NCBI GenBank assembly: GCA_964252035.1
Contig: CAXUOO010000110.1
Source of the DNA: Podarcis erhardii
Lineage: Eukaryota
DNA: 64,000 nucleotides
Reading direction: 5' to 3' (one strand)
Numbering within the stretch: the first letter of the stretch is position 1; each line of letters begins with the position of its first letter. Shown here one piece after another: positions 1 through 14,127 of this stretch. The notes under the pieces were generated by a model. It was not told the origin of the DNA. It did no database searches and worked only from the letters and a program-made list of their open reading frames with translations. Position numbers and translations under genes: made by a program.

Positions 1-961
1 AGATTATCGTATTCGTTTGATGACTTTTTGTAGTGCTGTGAGTTCAGAGAAGGATCGAAAATTGAGGTCCATTTGAAGGTTATTTTTATAGTGTAGATGC
101 ATACTATCTCTCTTCTTTCATACTGTCCTCAATCACATGTGTAGATGAATGTATGTTGTATCGCTTCTGCTGCGAAGCACCAAGGTCTTTCAATTTTGAT
201 GTCGACTTCCTGCGTATCATGATAGGAAGTTTTCAAGGCAAAAAAAATTCAAGAATACTCCATTCTGGAACAACCTGTATATGTATCTTTACACACATTG
301 ACTGTCTACCTTTTGTTTGTGTTTTAGACGAAGAGATTCTTTGCTTCTTGTAGCGCTGGTGTGTGTTGAGATTATCATCGAATCGCTACGCGCATCCACC
401 AATTGTTTCTAGGAACTACATCTCGTCTATAATTCACCTTTTATTTCCTTCTCCCTTCTTTTCTATCTTCAGCCTTGAATTCTGAAGTATGTTCGAAATA
501 GTCACATATGTATGTACATATATATATATATACATATGTCTACCTGCGTATCAGCAGAAACATTGTATGTCTCCTTCGCTCCTGATATATATATATATGT
601 ATATATATATATGTATAACACACGACTGTTTGTAAAATAGTCTCTAAATGTGTACAGATTTGTTTAGTTGATATCATTATTGAGCATGCACACAATTTTT
701 TCGTGGAGTTAATTGTATGTCCAACGCAGTAAATAAACATTTCTCATATAAGAGTGACCTTTCGAATTTCCTGCCATGCCGAGTTTAGACATCGAGCCCG
801 AATAGCCCGCTACATAATGAACTAGTTGTCTACCACAGCGTATGTAGCTGCGAATATTTCCGCACAGTGTGGAGTTCAAAGCTCTCTTTGTTCTTTTTTA
901 AATATATGTGAAATTTCGTGCTTTTTTGACTTGATTGATTCATACCTGCACGTTTTCACCT

Positions 962-1001
<40 letters not shown>

Positions 1002-1708
1002 CGTATAATTTTGCCCACTGTGCTAAAGTGTGTGTATATAAATATGTGTGTACTTTTCCAGATATCTACGTCAGGCGAGTTCGTTCACCTTTTTTTCTCA
1101 CCCTTTGCGTGTATGTGAATGATACACTGTTTATGAGATCAAGTGAGGGGAGCTGCTAAAATTTGCGAAGTTTTGTTTTGCGTCTTTTCATGTGTTGTTT
1201 GTATACGTATGTATTTTTGTGGATATCGGTTGTTAGATCAGTTTTTTGTGTGCTTTGTTGTTTTTTGAACGAAAAGTGGTTTTTCTTTCGATGTTGTCGG
1301 ATATCTCTGTGAACTCTAAGCGTGTGCGCACTTCCTGTATAGCGCGCAGTGCAGAACTCGCAGATGTTGAATTAAGTTGTGTGTCTACTGTGCGGCCAAG
1401 TCTACATCAGAAATGTGTCAGACTTTCTAGAATGTTTGTATTAGTTTGTTGATAAGCGTCTGTGCTATGTGTGTGTTTGTGTCGAGTGCACTGTTGAGCA
1501 CAAAGTAGTTTGAAGACGTACGCAACTCATCTTCGCTGTGTGTGGGTGATGTGAGAGAAGTCGAAGCAGCTCTTTCTGCGGTGAAATTCCATCTTTGAAA
1601 AGCAGCATTCTAGAAGAAAGAGAGCACTCTCCAAAGAAGCAGAGGTGTCTGCTGAGGTGTGTAAAAGTGGAGTTGTGGAGCTGAAAAAGCGTGTGTATAT
1701 GTCTGCAG

Positions 1709-4700
1709 ACGCGAAACCAGTAACACTGGTGGACAGACTGACAGACGTGTACGCTTTTCTGTCGCCTGGAGAGAGCGGAGTGTGGGGAACTGGAGGCATG
1801 TATACGAAAATCGTCGCTAGCAAAATAGCGACTACTTTGGGAATTCACGTGGGTATAGTGCACGGCCAACACCCGCGTCGACTGCTCCAAATTCTTCACT
1901 TCTTCTTCGCCACTGAGCAGTTCTCTTCAACCGCTTTTCGCGAAAACTGCCCAACACCGCTACTTCCTGCCACTTGTGCTCGTTTCTCAAAGTTTGCTCA
2001 CCAAACTCCCACCACTACTCCTGCATCACCACCAACCACTACTACTACTACTCCTGCATCACCACCAACCACTACTACTACTGCTCCTGCATCACCACCA
2101 ACCACGACTACTACTACTGCATCACCACCAACCACTACTACTACTACTGCATCACCACCAACCACTACTACTACTACTCCTGCATCACCACCAACCACTT
2201 CCACGTGTGCAGCGATTGGCTCAGCGACTTCAGCTGGGCCTCCTCCGTCTGTTGTTGGTGCTCCTTTTTCGCCTACTTACGCATCACTGCCACTGCAAGG
2301 AGAAGCGCCAGCACCAACTGCCCCTCTAGTTCTTGTTGACACCCATTTCCAGGGGCAACTGCAGTTGCCAGCAGCAGCAGCAAAAGCTGGTGCAGCCCTT
2401 TTGAAGCACGAAACTTGCGCTGCTGCTTTCGGTGACTTCCACAGTCTTCCAGCTTCTTCTTCTGCCAGGAGCTCTTCTTCCTCTGCTTCTTCTGCTGCTT
2501 TTTCTGCTGCTGCTTCTTCACCACCAGCCACCATTGCTTTCAGCACGAAGGAAAAAGCAAGAAGCGCCCATTCGACGACGCTTCAGCGCACTCTTTCTGT
2601 TGTCGTTGCCCCTGCTGCTACTGGTGCAAGTGGTTTCGTCGCAAAAGCTGACGAAGTGTGTTTCAGCGAGCCAGAAAAAGTAGGCAAACGCGACAGAAAC
2701 GGTAGTTTTCCTAGTAGTAGTAGTAGTAGAAATAGTGGTGAGAGAGGCGTTGGTGGGGTCGCTGCGACTGCTGCTGCTGCAAGTGCCCAGTCTGCAGAAA
2801 AAAGCCCTTTTTTGAGTCGCAGGTTTCACGAAGAAGCGAACGCGAAAGAGCAGTCGGTGCTGAGGAGTTGTTCTCAACTGCTTTCTCTCAATGAAGCCAC
2901 GCGTTTTTCGAGGCGCAGCTGCGCTAGAAAAAAAAAGCTGAAACAGGCTCTTTCTAGTGGGAGCCGTCCCCGAACAAAAGCAGGCGAAAAAGACGACGAA
3001 AACGAGGCCTCTTCAGCGCTGCCAACTGCCTTTTCACTGTCGAAAAAAGTCTGCGCTTTCGATGCTGCTGGTGCGCTCAGTCGGCCTCAACTGCCTGGAA
3101 ACTTTTTCACCGACAGACAACAAGTAGAAGCAGACTCGAAAAGGCGGGGCACTGAAAAAGAAGCAGACAAAGAAGGAAAAAGAAGCGGAAACGAAGCAAA
3201 TCAAGGAGAAAAAAGAAGCGGAAACGAAGCGAATCAAGGAGAAAACAAAAGAGGAAACGAAGCGAATGAAGGAGAAAACAAAAGAGGAAACGAAGCGAAT
3301 GAAGGAGAAAACAAAAGAGGAAACGAAGCGAATGAAGGAGAAAAAAAAGACGACGAAACAGTCGACGACGAAAATGTTGACGAGGAAATTATCGACGAGG
3401 AAATTATCGACGAGGAAGAAGAAGGGGAAAATGCGGGGCTGCATGATTATTTTCAAGGCAGTCAAGCGGATTTGACTCGTCGTCGTCAGCAGCAGCAAAA
3501 GGATCCACAAGAGATGCTTGAACAGTCTTCAGCGTTGGATCCGCTTTCGCTCGTTGGGGCACTGTCGCAGCTGAAAGTCAGCAACACGCAGCGACTGACG
3601 AAGTTCCAGAAGATGAAGAAGCGACTGAAGAAGAAGCAGAAGCAGAAAAGAAGGCAGCGCGAAATCGCTGCTGCGGAAAAAAAAGAGGCCTCTCTTTGCT
3701 CTTGTTGCTGTTGCTCCACCACAGCAAAAAGAGAACAGAGTGCCGGGCTTCGTAAAATAGGAAGCTGCGCTCTCTCGGAAACAGCACCGCTGTTGCAGCG
3801 TCAGCAAGAGCTGCACTCTCAGCAGTACCAGCAGACTTTCTCCAACTTGCCTTACATTGGTGAGTGAGGAGAAAAAAATCCTTTTTCTGGGGCTGCACTG
3901 GAGGGTGGCGCATGCAAAAAAAAGTGTTTTTTTCCTAGCTGTGCTTCTGCTGCACTAATGTGGAGGTGGCGGCACAGTGCAGTGCACCAATCGTCAGAGT
4001 CTTCGCAGCCAACTCTCCACACATCCACAGTGAAAAAATAGACACCCTCAATACCAACGAATGTACAGAAATCTCGCTCTTGTGAGTACAGAGAGAGAGA
4101 GAAAGAGAGAGAGAGAAAGAGAGAGAGAGAAAGAGAGAATTGTTGCATATTCATACATTTAGGGTGTGAAAATTTGAACAGCAAACACAGGTCTGTTCGT
4201 TTCTGGCTGGTGGTGTTGTTGGTTGGGCTTGCGTGTAAAAGCTGCTGGAAATTTCAGGATTCGTTATTGCTGTGTCTGCTGGAGACGGATTTGTCGTTTG
4301 TGTGTGTGTTTGTGTGTGCAGGAACTATTTTTCTCGCGAAAGAAAACACTTCTTGTCGGAGAAAGGCTGGCGACACGAGAGGGTGGATTTTGTCTCTGCC
4401 TGTTCGCGGAAAAATCTTCGTCGACAAAGGAGCCGTAGAGGCACTTGTACACCAAAAAAATCTTTGTTTGCTGCTGGTCAGTCACTTTCCTCAAGCATAT
4501 ACTCTTTTCATTTCAGTCGATCTAGCTCTCTCTCTTCTTCCTCTCTGTCGCGGCTGGATTCTTTCTCTTCTTTCTTCTGCTTTCAATGTCTCTCTCCAAT
4601 CTCCTCTTTGACCTCTCTCTCTCTCTCCACTTCTTTTTGATTTCTTCCTTTGGCATCTCTCCCACTTTCAGTGTCTCTTTCGATTACTACCTTCTGCAAT

Positions 4701-5019
4701 CTCTCTCTCTGTCAACTCCTCTCTTCTGTAGGTTTTCTCCTTTTGCATTTCCTTGTCTCGACCCTTACAACCCTGTCCCATCTCTGCCTCTCTGTCTTTC
4801 CTCATCTTTTTCGGTAACTCGTTCTCTGAACTGTGAAAACTGTCTTTTCCTCTTTCTCGGCTTTTTCTGTTTTTCGCTCCTCGAACGCTCTCTTGCAAAA
4901 AAGCCTTTCTTTGGTTCTCCTCGTTTTCGTCCTCGCTAGCCCCACAGACATAAAGCATACATATGCATATATATATATATGTAAAATTATACAGTGAGAG
5001 TGGTTAAATAACTGTAGAG

Positions 5020-5068
<49 letters not shown>

Positions 5069-5106
5069 TATATAAATATAAGGCAGCTGGAGCTTCGTAG
5101 CGTACG

Positions 5107-5157
<51 letters not shown>

Positions 5158-5933
5158 ACGATACAATTAGCTGAATTCGTGGTATGAGTTATAATGGTAT
5201 GTTTTTTTCTTTCTACATATATGGTGTATACCTGTGCGTTGTCTGTTATACGTATGCCGTGTGCTTAGGGTTTGTTAACAGGGTTGGCTGTGTGAGAATA
5301 AGATCTTTACTGCATGGCTTGTACGTATTATATATATATATATATGTATTGATAGAAATTGAGGTGTTGTGAATGTATGCAAGATATATATGTATACTTT
5401 TTTATCCCTCATGTGAATAAGTCTTATAGTCTTTGTGTTGTTCAGACAACATGGTTGTATGATCTGTTTGTGCATCTGTGATTTGGGGAATGTGCTGGGA
5501 AGATGCTCCGTGGGTGGGTATATGTGTGCTGTCTGTTATGAATTTGGTGGAAGGGGGTGTAGTCTGTCAATATTTCATTTTTTATATTCCATTTATGACC
5601 TGTTGTGAGAGTTGATGCCACTTTTTTGTCGTTTGTTTAAATGTTTGTTTCTTCGGGAAGGTGCATATATATGTTTTTTTAAAAAATCGTATATCATATC
5701 TATGCAGATCTGAACATCTGTGTTCTATATGTGATAGACCTCTTTAGAGTCTTTCTAGCTAGATTCTTCTGTATGTACGGGTGGTACACACATATATCAT
5801 GTCTTATATCTGTAGCATGTCTTTTCCTTGTCTTCCTCATACCTGTTATGTGTTCGTAATGCATACTTTCACCATTGCATCTTTGTGTAGTATGACTCTG
5901 TCCTGCATTATTCGCCTTGTGTCTGTGCTATGT

Positions 5934-5990
<57 letters not shown>

Positions 5991-6162
5991 GTATATATAT
6001 CTACATTTATGTAAGGAAACATTTCCTAAATGTCTCATCTATCTTGTATAGATATATAACTTGTATGAGTAAGCGAAAATGTAGGGATTCTGTATGCGAA
6101 TCTATGTGCTCTGTTTGTGGTGTCTCTGTATGGCAGTGATTTGTAGGCGTCTGTTGTAATAT

Positions 6163-6211
<49 letters not shown>

Positions 6212-7365
6212 GCTGCATGCATGTGTGTGTCATCGTTTTTGGGACTGGGATGGAAAATCAGGTCTGCTGAGTGTACTTGTAAACAAGAACACTTGCGGCT
6301 GTAACTGGTGTTTATGTATTGGGGGTGGGGGGGGGGCTGTTTTGGATGTACTTTCTTTGTTTCCAATTCCTTTGGAAATGGCGACTTGTGTGTATTTCAG
6401 GTGTGACTCGAGTTATGGGCAATTTTATCGCCAATGAATGCGTGGCAGTATATATGGAGAATCACTATGCCTCTGCCGTAGTTCGTGGCAATAGCACCCG
6501 CCATAGCCGCAGCCGAAGTAGGAAATGCAGAAACAGCACTAGTAGAAGTTGCAGCAGAACATCAATTTGTCACGGTAGCAGAAGCCGGGGTAATGACAGC
6601 ACAGATTGCAGTGTAAATCGCGCTTGTGATAAGGCTGATGAAGCAGTAGTAAAGAGCTGCTTGACAATCAACCAAGTAGAAATCAGCGAAGGAAGGAACT
6701 GCAACAAATATCAGGATGATAATACTACAGTAGCACAAAAAAACAGTAGCACAACTTTCCGAAGTTCAGAAGTTGGGGCGGACAGCGCTTTTACTAGTGT
6801 AAACAACACTAGCTGCAGTGTTAGCGTTACAATCAGTTGTAGTAATAGCGATACGTGTTGTACCACGAGTAGGAAACAGGATTGTTCGGATACTTTTTGC
6901 AGCAGTGGCTGCAGCGTGAGGAAAGACGGCTCGATTGGTATCAGCCGAAGGAGAAGCAGAAAAGAATTGCTGCAAGTGGGCAGTAGTAGAGTAGATGAAG
7001 CCTTTCAAATTCGTCATTATACATCATCAACAAACAAAGAGCCCTGTGCAGCTGCCGTTCTTGTTGACCGTTCAAGGACAGTTCCGGGAAGTAAAACAGG
7101 CAGCAATGTTGCTGCTGCTTCTGGTGGTCAGGGTCTGCTCATGACTGAAGCCGAGCTTGATGAAACGTACGAAATTGCTCGTTGTATCAGTAATTTTAGC
7201 AGCAGTGAACTACAACTGATCAAAGGCCGGAAAAGCTGTGACTTCTTAGAACTCCTGGGTTACGCTGTTGATGAGGAAGTTGCTCACAGACAACACATCA
7301 CTTTCACTTTCATGAATGGAAATGAACAAATCAAACAGTTCTGTACGGGCTGCTCTCACGTTTGA
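1709..7365 (+). CDS. proB: Glutamate 5-kinase (gamma-glutamyl kinase) with C-terminal PUA domain; multi-exon, 5' exons not resolved
   Basis: Exon 1709-3859 has the AAK-family motif [31 protein letters not shown]. Donor G|GTGAGT at 3860. Exon 4322-4476 reads (G)TIFLAK...[27 protein letters not shown][K]SLFAA, the G5K linker and PUA start. Donor at 4477, acceptor ends 6400. Exon 6401-7365 reads (G)[17 protein letters not shown]...[43 protein letters not shown], the rest of PUA. All junctions are phase 1, but one extra A is needed in the A7 run at 4454-4460. A fragment at about 839-870 (AYVAANISAQ) may be an upstream exon. Confidence 0.88.
2017..2200 (+). repeat. In-frame minisatellite, about 6 units of 30-33 bp encoding (T/A)[10 protein letters not shown](T)
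   Basis: Repeated ctgcatcaccaccaaccactactactact units inside ORF 1645-3867. Confidence 0.9.
3181..3348 (+). repeat. In-frame 33-bp tandem repeat, 5 units encoding R(S/-)GNEAN(Q/E)GE(N/K)K
   Basis: Repeated agaggaaacgaagcgaatgaaggagaaaacaaa units inside the G5K exon. Confidence 0.9.
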
Positions 7366-7880
7366 ACAACATTTATCTGCACAACAATAACCGTTTTACG
7401 GTTGTAGTAGCACTAGCAGACAGCAGCAACACGTAAAGCCATTACAGAGCATATGCAGCAGCGAAGCACTACAAAAGCACGAAATACGAGTTATTCAAGC
7501 GGGCGAGTCTGTTCAGACAGCAACGTTTGAAAGTGCTGCAGCACCATCAGTAAAAACCAGGTTTAAGGTGCCGCACCAGCTGCAGCAAAGAAGATGTGTA
7601 GCTCCTCAGTTAGTAGTGTTCGGCTATCAACCGACCGTTCGCGAAAGCAATTATCACCTCACGCACACAACAGCAGCAGCAGAATATCTATTTTTGATGT
7701 AATTTTCCAATTACAAAAGCAGTAGCACCAGCAACACAGCTTGCAGGAGCCTCGCCACAGTATGCGAATTGTTCGTGTACCCGTGTGATGTAATTGACCT
7801 TTTTTTCTCTGTCGTTTTTGACCAGTTCAGATTCAATGACTTTGTTTCTTTGCAACCATCCGCGTCCATCTTTGCACGTG

Positions 7881-7936
<56 letters not shown>

Positions 7937-8927
7937 ATTACATACTTTGACAGCCACTTACTCATGCTTCTCGGAGAGCAGTTCGATATTGCATACATCA
8001 TTTTCTCCGCTGCTACGGCTTTTCTGAAAATCTAGGTATTGTTGAATATATATTGTTATGCAATGAGTAGTAGTCTGCAATCGGTCCTTTTTTCCACAAA
8101 AATTATCGCAAATTTTTCATTAACTTAAAGAAAAAAGCAACCCTTGTTGCAATTTTTTTCCGTCGTATCCAACTCAATAGAGAATCAAAAGGTTATAATG
8201 AAGTTAGGATGTCTATTTGTTCGGATGCCTGTGTTTGACTCAAAGAAATTTTTCCCCAGCGTCGCATTACACAGGGGTATACTTTGTGTAGTAAACATCT
8301 CAGTGCATTTGTATCACTGCATGTTTGAAATTTCAGGTTTGATCCATTCGAATTTCTTCATATAAACTCATTTAACAAATACATATATATATATATATAT
8401 ACATACATATACAAGTTGACTGTTATCTGCTGATTTCCTGGTGTCAGGATGCATATATTGCACTCTTTTATCAAACTGTACCTAGAGTTTTTTCTGGTGT
8501 TGATCTACTTGCGAACAACTGTGAAGACCAAACTAAGTGAGTTAAATTTTTTTCATACAGGTTTACTTGAAAAGAGTTTTTTCTCTGAAACGTGGCTGAA
8601 AGTTAAAATGCAGCCTTTCCAACATCAAGTGTCCCCGTTACGGCTATGCATGTCATCGCTATACGCTGGATATATAGCAGCAAACGTATGTACTTAAATC
8701 TATACTCTCAAAATCGTGCACTCATACGCAGTATGCGATACTGATTTACTAGTTAATCAGCAATATGCATTGTCCGTTGTGTGCTTATATATTCAGCTTA
8801 ATATTCTTACAATCATACACTTTTTAGAGCGTCCCTCGGTGTTTTCAGAGGCCATATAAAACCAATGGTGCGCATGCTAAACGTACCCTTCCACGGCATT
8901 CACAGTTCTTTTCGCAGTCATGAACCC

Positions 8928-8976
<49 letters not shown>

Positions 8977-10541
8977 CGAAGTGAGTTAGGTATGGCGACG
9001 GATATTAGAGAGTCGAGCATCAAATGTCGACTGCCTGAACTGATTCTGCGCCGTACCTCTCTTAGCTGAATTCTAGTGCCGCACCAACATCTGCAGGCAG
9101 TCGGATGAGAATACGTGTATATATGTACATACATATATTTATATACATGTACATCTATGTAATGCGCTAACGCAAGCTAGGTTAATCTGCAGGTTGCAGT
9201 TAATTTTGTATATCATCCAAATCTGCTTATGAAATTCAGAAGATAATGTGAGCCGGGCGTGAGAGAATTTCACTGTCGGTGAAGCTGCGGGATGCATGTC
9301 CGCTTTCGATTTACTGCAACACCAGCAGTAGAAGTTCAGCTTCTGCTTTTTTTTATGAATACAGGAACTCTCAATTAGCCGGAAAACGGCTACTTATCTG
9401 ATCTGAGTAGATTATCTATACAATCAACACACGTATATACGATTATGATATTTTCATCCGTATAAACTGAATATGTACAGAGATATAGAAACATGCATTG
9501 AAAACAAGGTGAAGAATGATGTTCTACGCAAAAATAGTTCTGATAGTTAAATTCAGCCTCATGTTAGCAGCTAAGAAGGACTTTCCGTCAATCATCAAGA
9601 GTGCGCACTTGTACACATTCTACACCATCAATAGATAGAAATATATATATATATACCTTATACAAAGACGGAGAAATAAAATATGTATATTCCGTCAGTT
9701 GCACGTATGCTGTGCAAGTGCGGTATCCAACGAGAAGTTCGTATATATATATATATATATATATATACGTTAATATAGTTTTTATTTGAATGGTTACACT
9801 CAATGTGTGAATTTACGTACAGACGTTGAAGCCGAGTCATACAGACATATATTTATTTGCAGAAAAAGATGTGTACAATCGTTCATTTTTTGAGAAGAAA
9901 TTTGTCTTCGAGCGGCATTTACTAGAAAAGCTTTCTAATTGCTGTATATGTGACGTGATACGTGTACTTGAAACCTGACACAGATGAGAGAGTAGAAAAC
10001 ATGAAAATGATCGTCAAAGCAGACCCCTTACCTTTGAGCACCACCTTCCTGCACGCGCGCGACAGCAAATCCAGCACATCTGGGTGCTCCCACTGAATAG
10101 CCAAAAACGAATAAGTGTCTCCGCAGGCTCTAAAACACTAGATCTTTGTAAGGCATTATTTGCTCATGGCTGTCTAGGCTCCCTTTTCCTTATTTGATGA
10201 ACGCACCCAGCAGCAGCAGCTGAAAGGTGGATACGAGAGCAGTGCAAATGAGCACCACCAGCGAAAAGCAGCAGCAGGTACACTTATCAACCATATACAA
10301 ATAGCATAAGCAGCAGCGGGTTCAACTCCAGACACTTGAACAGCAGAGCAACAATGATTTCCAGTGGAAAGAACTGTGGAAAAAGCAGCAAATTCAGACA
10401 CTTCCATCTTATTGCTGATGGAAGACGCGCTTCTTCGGCTTGTTTGTGCGTTCAAAACAGGTCCAGAGTAGAAGCGTCAATCCAAGCCTAATTGATGATA
10501 ACACTGTGCACTCGTCTTGCTGTCGTTGTGCCGCTCTATCC

Positions 10542-13500
10542 CTATGAATGCGAAGAAGGGGCACCTCCATAGGGTGAAGCAGTTGCAGCAGCATAGCATG
10601 GAGGAGCACCACTAGCAGCGTAAGGAGGGGCAGCAGCAGTATTTGGAGTACTAGTATTCGATGAAGCACAACCAGCCACACCATAAGGAGGAGCCGCAAC
10701 TCCACCAGCAGCTCCATAAGGCGGTGCACCACAAGGAGCAGGTCCAGCAGTTTCCCCATACGGTGGAGCAGTAGCCCCGTAAGCAGGGGCAAAAGGAGGG
10801 GCAAAACCAGCTCCATAAGGAGGAGCAGAACCAGCTCCATAAGGAGGAGCAGATCCAACCGCTTGAGGAGGTGCAAAACCAGCCCCATGAGGAGGTGGAA
10901 AACCAGCCCCATGAGGTGGTGGAAAACCAGCCCCATGAGGTGGTGGAAAACCAGCTCCATAAGGAGGGGCAGAAGAAGCAGGTGGAGCAGCAGCATAGAA
11001 AGGCATTCCAACAGGAGCGGAAGCGAAGGGCGCAGTCTGTTGTTGTTGAGGAGTTGGCTGAGCTGCTGCTGGAGCGGTAGTAGTAGCGAAAGCTGGGTTA
11101 GAAGAGGGGGAATTGCCTGTCGATGAAGCAGTAAGAAGAGCGTGCAGCACAACAGCAGGTCGAGGATAAGTAGCTCTACACGTGGAACATTAAGTGGCAC
11201 TCGATTTCATATACATATATATGTAATTATATTGAGAAGATCGACTGGGTGTGAGATATTCATTTAGCAGGTCCTTCTGCTTGTGTGTCATCTGAGGAAA
11301 CAAGAAGCGCCGCCAGGAGGGGGTGTTTGAAAAAATCAATTTTCAAACAAACGAGATTCAACTAAGCGCTCGGATCTACGTGGATTTAAAGAGAATACGA
11401 AAGCTCATATCAGATATATATGTCGGGTGAATTTGCATTTTTAAGGTGTTGAGTTGTCTTCAAATGCTGATTCTTGCTGCTTCTCAGACTTTGCTGCCTA
11501 CCAAAGCACGAGTAAGGCACCTTTCCGCTGCTTTCTGCTGTTTTTATTTCATTTAAGTATATATATATGTATATGTAATGTCCTACACACATAATCAAGT
11601 AAGATGCAGCTAGACAACAAGATCGAAACGAGACAGCAACAACATGCGCAACACATCGTCTTACTGATTCGCGGAACTCTCCACCTGCAACTTTATATCG
11701 ATTGGGATTGTAATTTATTTTTAAGGCGTGCAAATATATAGATATTGAGAGGAAAGTGAAGAAGTATGACCTGCAGCTTAAATTACACACACGCGCCGAC
11801 AAATGCATAAGGAAAACATTATTGATATATATATATCTATCAGCGGAACTTACTATCAACAATGTGTGAAGGGCCATCCGCGGGAACTGGCTGTGTCACG
11901 TAAATCGTTGAAGGATCATTTGGATCGGAAAAAGCCGCCTGAACGTTTGCACATACAAAAGGAGAAATCCAATGTATACCTTCAAATATTTAGAGAATAA
12001 TAAATATGTACATATATATATAAATATAACTCCCCCACCAACAGCTTAAACCGAACCCTCACCTCCACAATCAAAATCGCCACCAGCGGCTCCACCAACA
12101 GCCGCAAAAGCAAAAACACTAACATTGAACCTGGAACAACAGCACTACAAGCAGCTAAAAACCCAACAACTAAGCAGCTAAAGAGCCACAGGGGCTGAAG
12201 GTAAAAAAATACAACAAAACATCCACACCAGCAAGAAAAGGCAGACGCCTAGGAACAGAAGTAGAAGTCGCAGCTCCTACGGCAACAAATTAGCAGCTTT
12301 GTCATGTTCGTGTATAGTACATGTATATATGAAGAACAGAGGCATCTGCACGCATATCTACACATTATGATTAGCTTTCTACAGCAGCAGAGCATTCAGC
12401 TTACGCTGTTTCCGAAACGCAGTTGTTGAAGAAGATCTGCATCTGCACAGAAAACACACACGCAATCAATGTTTCCACTTGTCGAGTCAACAAAAACTAG
12501 TCAACGGTCTGGAACATATATATTCAGAATATGTATTTGAGAGTGTATAGACATAGACGAGAAAGCGATGCAGACTGCCAATAACACGACTGTTTTTGCA
12601 AGCTTATGTAATAACAGAAGAGCCTGGTGGAGAAAAGGGGACGTGGAGAGCGCCAGGGAAAAAGAAACCTTTAGTCTGATATCAGAAGAGTGCGTGACTT
12701 CAACTGCAGGTGTACGTACAGCTCAACAGACGTGGTCAAAAGACGGAAAGGGGAAAAAGAGGCGAGAAGGAAACTGAGTGCTGCGTAAGTGAAGATGGCT
12801 GAAGCTGAGAGAACTGCAGACAATGAAGAAACAGATTCTATTGCGGAGCAGAGATGTGTCTCGAATGAGCATGCAGCAACAATAAAAAAGTGAGCGAGAG
12901 AGAAGAAAAACGAAGAAGAAACAGGCAAGAGAAACGGAGGAGTTGAAGCACGACACAGACAGACATAAAGAAAGACGGCCCGAAGAACGAGACACAACAA
13001 AGAAGGAGAGAAACAGAGACAGAAAGAGAAACTGCTTAGCAAAAGGCAGAAAGAAGCGCTAGAAGAAAAAGAAACAAGCCCGCTACAAAGAAGCAGTGAA
13101 AGAAAGCAAAAGGAACAAGTGAAGAAAAGGAACACGTCCAGGGAAAAGAGCAGGAACTGAAAAGACACAGAGGGGAGAGCAGGCTGAACAAAGAGAGAGA
13201 CAGACACACACGGAAGTGTGCATAAATTTTCAGAGTCTGACCGAGCTGTTGGAACTCGTTGATTTACAGCTGAATCTGTGACAGTATACTAAACGACGTG
13301 TAGGAAGTATTCCCGTATTTTTTGAAACAAGAGAGACCAAGCCAAGTAGACAAGATTGTGGGGCGAGAGTGCTTGAATAGACGAAAAAGAAAGGAAAAAT
13401 GGAAGTAACGAAAAAGTAAGGAAACGCGTACTAAACGGAAATATTCAAAAGAAAGTCTGCTAGACCCTAGAGGAGATATGTTATAACCTATAAAGTAGAT

Positions 13501-14078
13501 TCAAAGAGCGACAGAGACCATTGAAATTCACACACAAACACGAAGAGAAGAAATCTAAACTGCCCATACAAATTCGGGGAACAATAGAACGTGAGAGAGG
13601 GATGAAGTTCAACACATAGGCCACCAACTATTTGACGGCAGCGTACTTGGCGGTTCCCTTTTCAGTGCTGATTGCCATAATTTGAAAAAAACATTTAGGA
13701 ATGTTCCGCAGCCCCCTGAGCAGCACCACAATGCATAGAAAAAAATACAAATAAATTTGATTTGAACGTCTTCGGCACACAGACTCCTGTATAATGGAAG
13801 AGAAGGCAGGAACAAAAACGTACTTCCATACGCTTATACTTATATATAGGATGTGACCGTACATGCTCATCTATAACACTTGCATATCTATGAACAAGAC
13901 CTCAAAATAAAGTTCACAATCTTTGAGAAAACGCGAGTGCCTGTGCATATGCACTGCATCACTGCCAACAATAAAACATATCTAATATGCATATAATCAT
14001 TACATATAAGAACAAGGAACAGCAGTTTTTTGACGACAACACATTCGCATATGTATACGGTTCATCAGGTCCTTACCT

Positions 14079-14127
<49 letters not shown>

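Noticed and set aside
1998-3348. Regular tandem arrays that might suggest a CRISPR array
   Set aside because: No unique spacers; they are in-frame peptide repeats in a eukaryotic exon, and there are no cas genes
4549-4569. Second RGWILSL heptapeptide, with different codons from 4378-4398, in the G5K intron
   Set aside because: It lies in a CT-rich intronic tract where L/S codons are common and the similarity does not extend; probably chance, though a decayed exon copy cannot be excluded
7711-10104. Possible small gene between G5K and WBP2 (candidate exon 10092-10032; EKMMYAISNC resembles a HECT C-terminus)
   Set aside because: I could not build a phase-consistent chain on either strand, and the HECT resemblance is only a few residues
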